A stretch of DNA of 64,000 nt, taken from assembly GCF_006345805.1 (NCBI RefSeq), contig NC_043019.1:23373360-23437359 (forward strand), written 5' to 3'. The position numbers were made by a program, and so were the translations under genes. Numbering within the stretch: position 1 is the first letter of the stretch; each line of letters starts with the position of its first letter. This document shows positions 13,301-24,014 of the stretch, piece after piece. A model generated the notes under the pieces. The model was not told the origin of the DNA. It worked only from the letters and a program-made list of their open reading frames with translations, and made no database searches. The stretch is from Octopus sinensis (lineage: Eukaryota).

Positions 13301-16293
13301 AGACAATGATGCTCGTTTGCAAGCATCACGTGATGTCATGACAGGAGTATACACACACACACACACATATACAATGGGCTCTTTTTAATTTCCATCCACC
13401 AAATCCACTCAGGAGGTTTTCGTCAGCCCAAAACTATAGTAGAAGACAACTTGCACAAGGTGCCTCACACTGGGACTGAACCCAGAACTATGCAGCTGGG
13501 AAACAAGCCTCTTACTACTCAGTTATACCTGTGCCTATGTTGATGAGAATAACTTATAATAGTATGGTGGTGGTGGTGGTGGTGGTGGTAGCAGCTAGTA
13601 GTTGTTGTTGTGGTTATGATTGTGGCAATGGTGGTGATGGTGATTATTTATTTATTTATTTATTTTTTATCTGTTTTATTTCAGGGTAAAGATGTTGGCG
13701 GCACCGACTTTGAGCGCCGGCTTCTGTGTATCAAGAAGGAGATTATTGAACCAAGACATTCACGGATGATTGAGGGGCTTCTCGACAAAACTAAAGAACC
13801 GTTCAGCGTACGAGCTAAAGATTTCTGGGATATCAGCATCTCAAGAAAGGTGCACAACAAGACAACCCTTGCACTTCCATTTACCTTTCTTTAGATCAAA
13901 AATATTTCAGCCATCTTTTTGTATATTTAGGACTACATTATGTGATGTATCCTTTTTTTTTTCCATTTTTTAAAACAGTTGGTGTGACATGAAGGAGATT
14001 TAGCTGCTATTTCTAGCAAGTTCAGCAACCACATAGTAACTACCTCAACGGATCTGTTAACCTTTGTTGTTATTCTTTTGTCACAGGTTCAACTCTGATT
14101 GAGCTGACTTATGATCAAAGACATTACAGCCGTAACCATCCCATCATTATGCTATGTACAGGGAACCCAAGAATATATTTTCTAAGATGGGGTTGGGTAG
14201 GGGATGATTTTAGGGAAATTTGGCTGTTATTTCTAGCAGGTCAAGTTACTATTGAGACTCCCTCGTTGAATATATCAACACTTGTAGTTGCTGCTTATTC
14301 CATGTCAACTTTCACCTATGATAGGCATTCCAGCCATGACCACATTATCTAGTGTGTCCTTTAGTGAGTCAGTGAGTTTCAGTTTGCAGGAGATTTGGTT
14401 GCTATTTCTGGCAAGTCAAGTGACCTCATAGAGGATCAGCGGTTTGGCTTTATTAACAACTAGTTGTTAACCTACATTATTTACATTTTATGGATAGTCG
14501 TCCTCATCTTGTTTGTTGTTAACACAGCATTTTGGCTGATATACCCTCCAGCCTTCTTCAGGTGTCTTGGGGTAATATGCCCACGGACATATGGCATAGT
14601 GGTTAAGAGCATGGGCTACTAACCCCAAGATTCCAAGTTCAATTCCAAGCAGTGACCTGAACAATAATAATAATAATATCAACTAATAATATCTTCTGTG
14701 CCGGTGGCACGTAAAAATCACCCACTACACTCATGGAGTGGTTGGCGTTAGGAAGGGCATCCAGCTGTAGAAACATTGCCAGATCAGACTGGGCCTGGTG
14801 CAGCCTTCTGGCTTCCCAGACCCTAGTTGAACCGTCCAACCCATGCTAGCATGGAAAGCAGACACTAAACAATGATGATGATGATAATGATGATCAACAA
14901 CAACATCAAAAAATACCTTAGGAATGAGAACGCAGGTTCGAAATTTCCCCAAGACACCTGAAGAAGGCTGGAGGGTATATCAGCTGAAATGTTGTGTTAA
15001 CAACAAACAAGATGAGGACAAATATCCGTCAAATGTATATAATGTACATAATTCCTCATCTCTTAAATATAGAACTGTAGTTGTTAACCCTGTATAAATT
15101 CTACCTTGGCTGAAAAGCTAAAAAATAATAACCACTTGCTGCTAATGTTATGTAAATGTTACTTGGGGAGAGAAGCTAGAACAAAAATAGCTAGTTGTTA
15201 ACTTTATATACTGTATTTCTGGTCATATAAGGCACACAAGCTCACCCCAGTTTTGGTAGGCCTAATCTATGACTAAAAAAAAACTGCAGTTTATCCCAAA
15301 TCCCCATGTCTCACATTTTCATGTATAGGAACCATGAAAATTTAGACTGACACCCTTTGGTAAGCTATTTATGGCAGACTAATTTACCTGGGCATGGACA
15401 CATTGAAACTCCGATGTCTGGCAGCTGACTTGGCAGACACCCATAAAATTATTAACCATCTTACAAACAATAACTCTGAGCACCTTTTCAAACTCCACCC
15501 ATGTAACACCCGTGGACATATTTACAAAGTCAGAAAACAGCACAGCTCCCATGACTTTAGGAAACATTTTTTCACGCTGAGAGTTGCTGAAGCCTGGAAC
15601 AAACTGCCGGCATCAGTTGTTAGTTGTCGGAGCACTGCATCCTTCAAAACTTCCATGCTTTCTGAGATTCGACAACACTACACCTCATTTTCTCCCCTCC
15701 ATACACACACAAGCTTGTATCTGACTCATACATTGTTTGCTTTCCAGACATTTTTACATTACTGCATACACCTTATACGCACTTTCTGACAAGTTGTGGT
15801 GCACCTGAGCACTGTATACAAAAATTTCATTATTATTATTATTATTATTATTATAATACTTACCTTAGCACTAACAAATATCACCACCAACCTCCACTGT
15901 TACCTATATTGTCCATTGTTAATAATAACTCTAACCAAGTCTACCTAAAGCCTGGCCTTCAGTATATAAGGTGCAGGGTAACTTTAGGGGGTAATTTTTT
16001 TGAAAAAAAATGGGTTCTTTACATGCAGAAAATACAGTATATGTTACTTCATTATTGTTGCTAATTGTTATGTGTGAGTTTTGTTTATTTTATGCTATTT
16101 TTCTTTCAGTTACTGGATGGTAAATTTACAAGTGAAGTTAGCCATGAAGTTGATGGCCTCATCTTCCAGCCAGCTGGTGAGGTAGGTACTATTACTCCTA
16201 CCACGATCACACTACTACTCTCTCATGGGTTAGGCAAGTTTTCTAGGGCTGTGTTGCCAACCCTTTTACAACATACAACTCATATATTTTACA

Positions 16294-16325
<32 letters not shown>

Positions 16326-19300
16326 TCAGTGTCTATGCACCAAATTTAAGCAACTTTCTTCTATTATAGCCCCAAGCCAACCAATTCCTTATGAGTGTAT
16401 TTGGTAGATAGAAATTGAAAGAAGCCTGTCATTGAGCAGTCGATGATGATGATGATGATGATTGTGTGTGTATGTGTGTCCTTGTTCTGATATCACTGTT
16501 GTAAAATGAGCATCATACAAGTGATGTGATTCATTTTCAATCATCCATGAAAACAAATCTGGCTAAGCAGAAATATCAAAATATTACTTTTGTTTGGAAA
16601 GAAGTGAAAGTTGCTAGCAGGAAGAGTATCCAGCCATAGGAAACCTTCAACAAATTCCACCTGAACCATGCGTGCATGGAAAAGTGAATTGTTAAGACAT
16701 TGATGATGATGATACTTATATATATTTGTGTGTGTGTGTGTGTGAGAGAGAGATTCCTGGCAATATACCTATTTCTTTACTACCCACAAGGGGCTAAACA
16801 CAGAGGGGACAAACAAGGACAGACAAACGGATTAAGTCGATTACATCGACCCCAGTATGCAACTGGTACTTAATTTATCGACCCCGAAAGGATGAAAGGC
16901 AAAGTCGACCTCGGCGGTATTTGAACTCAGAACATAACGACAGATGAAATACAGCTATATATTTCGCCCGGCGTGCTAACATTTCTGCCAGTTCGCTGCC
17001 TTCAATTATATTTCCTGGCAATATACCATGCTCGAGAAAACCTGTCAAGCCAAGTAAGATCATAGTCATGACCGATGCTGGTGTTATGTAAATGGTACTC
17101 ATTCTGGTGACACATAAGAAGCACTTTTCAAGCGTTGGGCCTCACGAAGGCAATGTGGCCAATGCCGGTGTGGTGTAACTAGCAGCCATGTCAGTGGCAC
17201 ATAAAAAGCACGTTTTGAGTGTTGGGCCTCATGGAGGCAATGACAAATGACCAAGATCTTTGGCAATATGCTGTGCTTGAGTGGAAAACCCATCAAGCCA
17301 AGTGAAATCGTTGTTGGCAGATGTTGGTGGCACGTAAAAGCAACCATTACACTCTTGCAATGATTGACATTAGAAAGGGCATCCAGCCGTAGAAACCATG
17401 CCAAAATCAGGCTGGAGTCTGGTGCAGCCCCTCAGCGTACCATCTCTTGTTAAACTGTCCAACCTATGCCAGTATGGACAACAGATGTTAAATGATGATG
17501 ATGATGATGAATCATCCAGAAGCTCTACACTTTGAAATTCCTTTACAATAAAAAAAAAATTCTACCCTCTGTGTGAAAAGTCTGGCTGCATCCGAAAAAA
17601 TATATATTCTGAAACAAAAATAAACACAAAATTTATTACACAAATCTGTTACCACCACGACAGTCAACTATTTGACTCCGAACACAAGTTTGATGTTGAA
17701 TACATCCACAAATTTTCTGCTCCGATAGCTCTTCCCAAGACTGCAAGACGGCTTCATGCAATTCATGCTTCGTTGTAGGGTTTTTCACTTCAACTTCATC
17801 AGCCAAAACTTTGAAAATGCCTTCATCTAATAATGATTCTGCTAATTCCACGTGTAAACATGTGTTGAATAGAACTCACTGAATAAATCTTAATTAACTG
17901 TGCTGTCAATTGTATGCACCTGACATATGCTAACGTGTATGCAGCCAGACTTTTCACACAGAGGACTTACTTGAGAAACAATGAAAGGTTGGTAACAGAA
18001 GGAAAGACCCTGCATCAAATACCCTTTCCCTCCTTCCCTCTGCCACATGACTCCTGCTTGCTTGGAAAATGATCATTAAAACAAACATCTGCCTGGTATT
18101 CTTTTTTTACTTATTTTGATTTCACACTTGATCTTATCCCCCACAACCACTATCTTTTTTCATCTTTCTTCTCTTTCAAGAGATATGTATGTGGCCGTAA
18201 TCCCAATGTTCTCAAATGGAAACCAGCAACCATGAATTCTGTTGATTTCCGACTTGATATTCGTAAAGTAGAAAAACAAGGGTAAGTGTTTTAATATCAT
18301 TTTTTTGTTTTTCTTTTTCTATAGTTTTATATTTTCTTTCCTTCAAAGAACAGCAGCATGCCTGTTTTTGGAGTGTCTTTTTAAAAATCACCTTTTTGCT
18401 TTGCTCATAATGAATTCCAATATTTTAAATCCAGGTTTGTCCCCGTTAAAGCGGGTAGCCAGATCTACCTCACTCTTACAGCAACTGCTCTCACACCATC
18501 TCACCCAGTTTTGGGCGTCCTCCCTCCTCAAGCCACCCCTACCAATCTCCTCCTTCACCTGTCCCCTCCACATTTTCTGTGGTCAACCTTGCTTTTGCAG
18601 TTAAGCACACTCCTCAGAACATGATCCTCACCCCTCCTCAACACATATCCACACCACCACACTTCATTCACCCTTGCCAGCTGTTCCACCGATTCCTCCA
18701 ACCCCAGAATGGGGGTTCACATAAAATTTCGTTGTTAAAATTTAATTGAAATAAATTGGTTATACTTCTACAATACACAAGATATTTTAATTTTTTTTTT
18801 TTTGTACAATACCTAATAATATTTATTAAAATATAAAAGGATTTTTTAAACATCAAATGGCTATGAGGGTCCATCTGAGTAAAATAAGAATCAAAGGGGT
18901 CCTTAGGCAAAATATAGTTGAGAAACACTGTGTTGTCTGGTTACTAAGGGCAGAGCTGTTGTGTTATAATTATTCTTTCTCATTACAGAATGTTACCCGA
19001 AACAAAAGGTTACCTGTTTGTTGGACACCAAGACAATCCATTTGCAGAAATGAAGGTTGGTATTGCTAGTATTATTTTTGTGAGCTCTTCATATATAAAA
19101 CCACTCCACTCCTCACTCTACATTGTAATTAAAAGATAACCAAACTGTTATTTGTCTCCATCTACCTGCTAACACTCATCTTTTGCAAATTTGATGTCAA
19201 ATAGCAATGTTTTTTTTTTCATATTTTTTCCTTAGTTCTTTAGTTGTTTGTTTTACCCATTGTGATTCCAAGGCCATACTGGAGCACTGCCTTTGAATTC

Positions 19301-20514
19301 AAGAAATTAAAAATTTTTTTCTTTATATATTTTTTTTCTCTCATGCAGGTGAACAGAGAAATGAAAGAACTCAATAACAAAATTATTGAATGTACATGGG
19401 ATGATGAAAAATCTTGTTGGAAGTTTCTACGGCAACGAACTGACAAATCTTTCCCCAATAGCTATGATACAGCTTTGGGTAAGTGTTGGCTTTAGTTTTG
19501 TTGTTTCATCAGTGATTGTGGGGTTTCTTTATTCTCTTCAGTTTTAGTTTCTAGTCTGCAGCTCATTCTGGAGCTCTGCCTATAAGTGATTTTTATATAT
19601 AATGTTGGTCGTTTTTTGTTTATTTCTTTTACAAGGGAATGCTGAAAAGTTCCTGGCTTTAAGGGTATCACAAAAGGCCTGGTTGGACCCCAATCTTCTG
19701 AGTTCTTTTAGAGGGCTTAGAAAAACTGAAGGACTGCTGCACTAAGTGTGTGAATCTGAAAGGGGAATATTCTCTCTCTCTTTTACTCTTTTACTTGTTT
19801 CAGTCATTTGACTGCGGCCATGCTGGAGCACTGCCTTTAATCGAGCAACTCGACCCCAGGACTTATTCTTTTGTAAGCCCAGTACTTATTCTATCGGTCT
19901 CTTTTGCCGAAGCGCTAAGTAACAGGGACATAAACACACCAGCATCGGTTGTCAAGCAATGCTAGGGGAACAAACACAGACACACAAACACACACATGCA
20001 TATATATATATACATATATACGACGGGCTTCTTTCAGTTTCTGTCTACCAAATCCACTCACAAGGCTTTGGTCGGCCCGAGGCTATAGTAGAAGACACTT
20101 GCCCAAGGTGCCGCGCAGTGGGACTGAACCCGGAACCATGTGGTTGGTAAACAAGCTCCTTACCACACAGCGACTCCTGTTGGATAAAATCATAATTAAC
20201 TGACCCTCCTGCATTTTCTTTTACCCCAAACCAGGAACTTTTCAGCTGCACCACCCCTCATAAATACTAAATACATAATTTTTTTTCTTCTTTCCCTGTT
20301 TTTTTTTCTTCTTCCTCTCTTATTCATCCATCTCTTTCTGCCTGTTTCTCTAGGTGTGTGTAACAGCATCAGGCATCCTGTTACCAAAGAGATTCTTCTG
20401 GACATTGTGGAGCGGAAGAGGCCAATGCCACCAATGGGCAGTGGCGGTGGTGGCGGCAGCCGGGACCAGGAATTAATGCCGCCTCCTTCCAAGAAACGAG
20501 CGACATTTTGCTAA
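418..20514 (+). CDS. RNGTT: mRNA capping enzyme (RNA triphosphatase/guanylyltransferase), 3' 13 exons, 5'-partial
   Basis: 13 GT-AG exons join in one frame (1375 nt). Motifs [26 protein letters not shown] (KxDG motif I), [21 protein letters not shown] and [10 protein letters not shown] match metazoan capping enzyme; about 150 N-terminal aa are missing left of the window. Confidence 0.97.
835..1060 (-). mobile_element. SINE family C (tRNA-like head; central GTCGACTTTGCCTTTCATCCTTT..GGGTCGAT domain)
   Basis: Reverse complement of the copies at 6060, 12835 and 41620; ends approximate. Confidence 0.85.
1319..1427 (+). CDS. RNGTT: RNGTT exon B: [36 protein letters not shown]
   Basis: tttcag/gtaagt; end of the triphosphatase domain. 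Confidence 0.96.
1540..1872 (+). mobile_element. SINE family A ((GAT)n-tailed, ...CCCATGCTAGCATGGAAA..GGACGTTAAA)
   Basis: More than 20 related copies in the window; ends approximate. Confidence 0.88.
2485..2880 (+). mobile_element. SINE family B (tRNA-derived head GTGGTAAGTAGCTTGC..GGTTCAGTCCC, internal TA/TG repeat, AAGAGT tail)
   Basis: Near-identical copies at 19775, 29195, 30418, 35125, 40760, 47375, 51370. Confidence 0.9.
2917..4150. mobile_element. Foldback/Penelope-like element: 350-bp inverted arms (2917-3266, 3631-3980) with a hammerhead-like motif, embedded in (TA)n
   Basis: Arms mirror each other (identical 65-aa ORFs on opposite strands; about 4 mismatches by eye); (TA)n on both sides. 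Confidence 0.8.
3645..3771 (+). ncRNA. Type I hammerhead-ribozyme-like motif (non-canonical CCGAAGA core); mirror copy at 3126-3252 on -
   Basis: ATCT-CCGAAGA-GGCC...GGCC-GAAA-CAGCTG-TA-AGAT; stem I, stem II and palindromic helix III all recognisable. Confidence 0.55.
4757..4881 (+). CDS. RNGTT: RNGTT exon C: acidic linker (E)[13 protein letters not shown]...[10 protein letters not shown]
   Basis: attcag/gtaatc; phases match neighbours; acidic-then-basic linker as in homologues. Confidence 0.88.
4890..5505. repeat. Compound (ACT/ACC/ATC)n trinucleotide repeat
   Basis: direct reading; begins about 8 nt after the RNGTT exon C donor. Confidence 0.97.
6060..6300 (+). mobile_element. SINE family C
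   Basis: matches other copies; ends approximate. Confidence 0.85.
6648..6751 (+). CDS. RNGTT: RNGTT exon D: [11 protein letters not shown]...[12 protein letters not shown]
   Basis: tttcag/gtaagt. Confidence 0.95.
6861..7300 (+). mobile_element. Two tandem copies of SINE family D (head TGGCTTAGTGGTTAGGG..GGTTTCGATTCC)
   Basis: A/B boxes at both 6861 and 7116, followed by a shared body. Confidence 0.8.
7897..7998 (+). CDS. RNGTT: RNGTT exon E: [12 protein letters not shown]...KVSWKADGT(R), catalytic Lys
   Basis: cttcag/gtcagt; KxDG motif. Confidence 0.97.
8160..8375 (+). mobile_element. SINE family A
   Basis: matches family; (GAT)n tail. Confidence 0.88.
8697..9020 (-). mobile_element. SINE family A, diverged, inverted relative to the 8160 copy
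   Basis: (CAT)n start, TTTCCATGTTGGCATGGGTTGGACGG. Confidence 0.75.
9101..9316. mobile_element. Hairpin MITE with about 83-bp imperfect inverted arms
   Basis: TATCATTTAATGAAT...GGATAGTGCAGTAAT mirrors ATTACTGCACTATCC...ATTCATTAAATGATA. Confidence 0.75.
9678..9813 (+). CDS. RNGTT: RNGTT exon F: [18 protein letters not shown]...TLLDG
   Basis: tttcag/gtaagt. Confidence 0.96.
10014..11134 (-). mobile_element. Decayed mariner DNA transposon (TIRs, TA TSD, transposase C-terminal remnant)
   Basis: TIR TGAGGTGGTATCAAAAGGTTCCAGGAC / GTCCCAGGAACTTTTTAATACCACCTCA; TA flanks; [25 protein letters not shown] resembles the mariner YSPDLAP.DF.LF motif. Confidence 0.88.
10605..10882 (+). mobile_element. 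SINE family A nested in the mariner
   Basis: family match. Confidence 0.88.
11689..11760 (+). CDS. RNGTT: RNGTT exon G: [24 protein letters not shown]
   Basis: tttcag/gtaagg. Confidence 0.96.
12290..12565. mobile_element. Dispersed repeat, second copy at about 60520-60800
   Basis: Shared AAGCAAATCT.TGGTATTGAGCAGAATATTTGCTATAA...GTCATTTCCTTTGATTTCTAG..AGAAGCAAATAGGAAATAACA. Confidence 0.75.
12835..13070 (+). mobile_element. SINE family C, full length
   Basis: family match. Confidence 0.88.
13685..13849 (+). CDS. RNGTT: RNGTT exon H: [13 protein letters not shown]...[18 protein letters not shown]
   Basis: tttcag/gtgcac. Confidence 0.95.
14690..14892 (+). mobile_element. SINE family A nested insertion
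   Basis: family match; (GAT)n tail. Confidence 0.88.
14954..14997 (+). ncRNA. Minimal type I hammerhead-like motif, CpG-decayed; mirror copy 14522-14565 on -
   Basis: ACAC-CTGAAGA-A-GGCTG-gagggtatat-CAGCT-GAAA-TGTT-GTGT. Confidence 0.6.
15378..15855 (+). mobile_element. CR1-type LINE 3' end with (ATT)n tail
   Basis: [36 protein letters not shown]...FK is the CR1/L2 ORF2 C-terminus. Confidence 0.9.
16110..16181 (+). CDS. RNGTT: RNGTT exon I: [24 protein letters not shown]
   Basis: tttcag/gtaggt; motif IV. Confidence 0.96.
16765..17005 (-). mobile_element. SINE family C
   Basis: family match. Confidence 0.85.
17565..17965 (-). mobile_element. Internally deleted Tc1-like transposon
   Basis: TIR CCCTCTGTGTGAAAAGTCTGGCTGCAT / ATGCAGCCAGACTTTTCACACAGAGG after TA; remnant [20 protein letters not shown]...CRGG resembles the Tc1 transposase C-terminus. 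Confidence 0.8.
18181..18281 (+). CDS. RNGTT: RNGTT exon J: [33 protein letters not shown](G)
   Basis: ttcaag/gtaagt; motif V. Confidence 0.95.
18400..18610 (-). mobile_element. RTE-type LINE 3' fragment
   Basis: [25 protein letters not shown] resembles the RTE ORF2 C-terminus. Confidence 0.55.
18989..19055 (+). CDS. RNGTT: RNGTT exon K: [22 protein letters not shown]
   Basis: ttacag/gttggt. Confidence 0.93.
19349..19478 (+). CDS. RNGTT: RNGTT exon L: [15 protein letters not shown]...[16 protein letters not shown]
   Basis: atgcag/gtaagt; motif VI. Confidence 0.96.
19632..20260 (+). mobile_element. Mariner-derived mini element split by a SINE B insertion (about 19775-20178, -)
   Basis: TIR CAAGGGAATGCTGAAAAGTTCCTGG / CCAGGAACTTTTCAGC; colinear with intact copies at 27013 and 63744. 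Confidence 0.8.
20354..20514 (+). CDS. RNGTT: RNGTT last coding exon: (G)[12 protein letters not shown]...[14 protein letters not shown]
   Basis: ctctag acceptor; TAA at 20512-20514. Confidence 0.95.
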
Positions 20515-20756
20515 CAACTCCCTTCCCAACACCAACCAACAGTTTACTCAACCATCCACCCATCCACTCATTCAATCCATCCCCAAACATCTCCTCCCTT
20601 CAGTATAGGCAGGCCCTTCTCTTTGTCTCTCTCTCTCTCTCTCTCCCCACTTCTCCTTTTATTTTAAAAGATTTTTAGAGTTTTAATAATTTCAGGCCTA
20701 TATCATCATCATCATCACCACCACCACCATCATCACATTATTATTATTGTCGTTAT

Positions 20757-20949
20757 TAAGGCAGTGGGCTGGCACAATTAGTGGCATTTCATCCATCGCT
20801 ACGTTCTAAGTTCAAATTCTGCTGGAGTCGACTTTGCCTTTCATCCTTTCGGGGTCGATGAAATAAGTACCAGTTGCGCACTGGGGTTGGTGTAATCAAC
20901 TATCTCCCTCCCCCAAAATTTCAGGCCTTGTGCCTTTAGTGAAAAGGAC

Positions 20950-20980
<31 letters not shown>

Positions 20981-21397
20981 GTGCTGAGCTGGCAGAATTG
21001 TTAGTATGCCAGACAAAATGCTTAGCATTTAGTAGAAAGGATTATTGTTATTATTAATATTTATTAAGGTGGCAAGTTGGCAAAATCATTAAAACATTGA
21101 ACAAAATGCTTAGAGGTATTTCTTCTGCTTCTTGGACTTGTGCCAAAATTAGAGGTTGTTGTTATTATTATTATTATTGGTATTGAAGATTCATTAGAAC
21201 ATTGGACAAAATACTTTGTGCTGTTTGCTCCAGCTCTTTATATTCTGTGTTCAAGTCCTGCTGTGGCCAACTTTGCCTCTCATCCTATCAGGGTCAATGA
21301 AATAAAGTACCGGTCAAGTAGTGAGATTGATGTAATCAGCTAACCTCATCTCACTGAAAACTTGCTGGCTTTGTGCCAAAATTTGAAACCATTATTA

Positions 21398-21432
<35 letters not shown>

Positions 21433-21645
21433 GGTTGTTAACTGGCAGAATCATTAGCACGCCGGGCGAAATGCTTAGCGGTATTTCATCTGTTGCTACG
21501 TTCTGAGTTCAAATTCCACCGAAGTCAACTTTGCCTTTCATCCTTTTGGGGTTGATTAAATAAGCACCAGTTACGCACTGGGTTCGATCTAATCGACTTA
21601 ATCCCTTCCCCCAAAATTTGAGGCCTTATGCTTCCAGTAGAAAGA

Positions 21646-21689
<44 letters not shown>

Positions 21690-22115
21690 GGTTGTTAGCT
21701 GGCAGAATGGTTAGCATGCCAGGCGAAATGCATAGTGGTATTTCATCTGTTGCTGTGTTCTGAGTTCAAATTCCACGGAGGCCAATTTTGCGCTCCTTCT
21801 TTTTGAGGTCATTAAAATAAGTACCAGTTTCCCCATACCCCCAAATTTTAGGCCTTGTGCCTATAGTAGAAAGGATTATCATTATTATTATTATTATTAT
21901 TATTATTAAAGCTGTCAACTGGCAGAATTGTTAGCAGACCTGGCAAAATGCTTAGCAGCATTTCGTCCATCTTTACGTTCTGAGTTCAAATTCCACTGCA
22001 GTCAACTTATCCTTTCATCCTTTCTGGGTCAATAAAATAAGGACCAGTTGAGAGCTAGTGTCAATGTAATCTACTTAACCTCTCCTCCAAATTTGCTGGC
22101 CTTGTGCCAAAACTT
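20757..22115 (+). repeat. Head-to-tail array of about 7 SINE C-like copies separated by (ATT)n
   Basis: Repeated CTGGCAGAAT..TTAGCA...AAATGCTTAG...GAGTTCAAATTC...AAGTACCAG...GGCCTTGTGC units each ending in ATT runs. Confidence 0.85.
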
Positions 22116-23573
22116 GAAACCATTATCATAATCATCATCATCTCCATCACCATCATCATCATCATCATTATCATCATCATCATCATTATTATTATTATTA
22201 TTACTATTATTATTATTATTATTGGCCTAGGTGAAGGTTTATTGTCGTTTTTTGACTATTCCTTCTCATCTTGTTGTCTTCTCCCCAACACCCAAGCCCC
22301 ATGCTTACATTTCCATTCACACACTTCCACTAAATGAAAGAACACAGACATGCATCCCCATGCATGCACGTATGGAGCAGATAATTCACAACATGGTCAG
22401 ACAGAGTTACTTGGTATGGGCATTCCTTGAGGTGACGAATAGACAAATGAATTTTGTCAATATGTTGTTTGTTTGTTTTTTTTTGTTTTTTTTAATTTTT
22501 TTTTTACACTTGAAAGATTAATCTGTAGTGAGAAACTCTGAGTATCAAAAATCAGAAATAATCAGCTTCAGGTGAATAAATAAACTCTATTACATGTACT
22601 GCATGTATTGAGTACTTCTTTTATTTGCACATTCAAACATGTGTGTGTGTGTGTGTATTTCAACATGTGGAACCATTAATCCCAACACGTTTTTTTTTTT
22701 GCTCTCTCTGTTTTTTCCTCATTCCTTTCTAACAAAGAGCAAAGGTTCAAAATAACAAAGATTTTTCCATTTTCCCCAAGCATCAAACTAATACACCTGC
22801 TTGTTGTTCTGTCACATGTCTCCGTCTTTTGTTTTCTATACATTTGAACCATATCATTCAACTATGGTAATAGTTGAGTAATATTCTTAAGGCTGCGATT
22901 TACTCACACACAGCATCTTTCAGAGCTTATCACTAATTCAGTTCTTAAGCAAATGGAAAAACCGTTAACACATTTGAAGAGGACTGGTCTCTAGCTACAT
23001 TTTGACATTAAAAAAATTGAGATTTGGTCCAGTAGAAAAAGTTTACATCAAAGTTTGTAGTGATAGGAGAGTAAGTAATGCCACCAATCAAATTTAGATC
23101 TAAATAACTTTCGTATTTTAAAAGCAAAATATATTTCTCTTAGCTTCAATGATAGAAGAAAGCACGAAGAATTTCATAGTTTTGATTCCATGCACCAAAA
23201 ATTTGTATCAAAAAGGTTGTGAGGTAAAATGTCATGAAAAAAAATATAAGGAAGATAAAAAATTGGATTTAAGTATATTTAAATTTTTTATTTTAAAAGC
23301 AAACTATATTTTGATAAAGCTTAAATGATAGGGCTCAATTCTAGGAATTTCATGGTATCAATCTCCTGCAGTGAAGTTTTAAAAGAAAAAAGTTAAGAGT
23401 GTTTGTCTCTCAAATTTGAGGGTGATAATATAGTTCTATACTTTTTCATGAATATAGTTCTATAAGGGACTTTTAATATATGTCACCGGCATCATTGAGG
23501 TAAGGAAAAAAATATCAACGATACCACTAATTGACACATTTGACACATTATTAATTAGCATAGCATGGAAAGA

Positions 23574-23983
23574 ATATGGATTACATGGGAAAATACGAGC
23601 AAGAGAAATAATATTCTTAAGATTATAAACCTGGAAAATTACAGGACAAGTTATTACACTTGGAAAAGTTCAGGACAACTTATTACATTTGGTAAAGTAC
23701 AAAACAAGAAAATTTTTACTTAAAATGTTGTACTTAAGGATGAAATAATTGAGTTATTTTTAATTTTTAATAGAAGTAACAACTTGTAATAAAATTTTCA
23801 GTTTGAATAAAAGCTAATATTTTCTAAATCTAAATATTTTATTTGAAATTTTATCCTTAGCTGTAATATTTTAAGTAAAAATTTTCTTGTTCTGTACTTT
23901 ACCAGATGTAATAAGTTGTCCTGAACTTTTCCAGATTTATAATCTTAAGAATATTATTTCTCTTGCTTGCATTTTTCCATGTA

Positions 23984-23991
<8 letters not shown>
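23574..23991. mobile_element. AT-rich foldback MITE with about 150-170-bp inverted arms
   Basis: ATTACATGG...GCAAGAGAAATAATATTCTTAAGATTATAAA mirrors TTTATAATCTTAAGAATATTATTTCTCTTGC...CCATGTAAT. Confidence 0.8.

Positions 23992-24011
<20 letters not shown>

Positions 24012-24014
<3 letters not shown>

Larger units (their letters stand above)
14473..15075 (+). mobile_element. tRNA-headed SINE with a hammerhead-bearing Penelope-like tail, preceded by an inverted copy of the tail; SINE A nested in its (AAT)n linker
   Basis: A box 14592-14602, B box 14637-14645, anticodon arm GGG-CTACTAA-CCC; arms 14473-14576 (-) and 14943-15046 (+). Confidence 0.7.
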
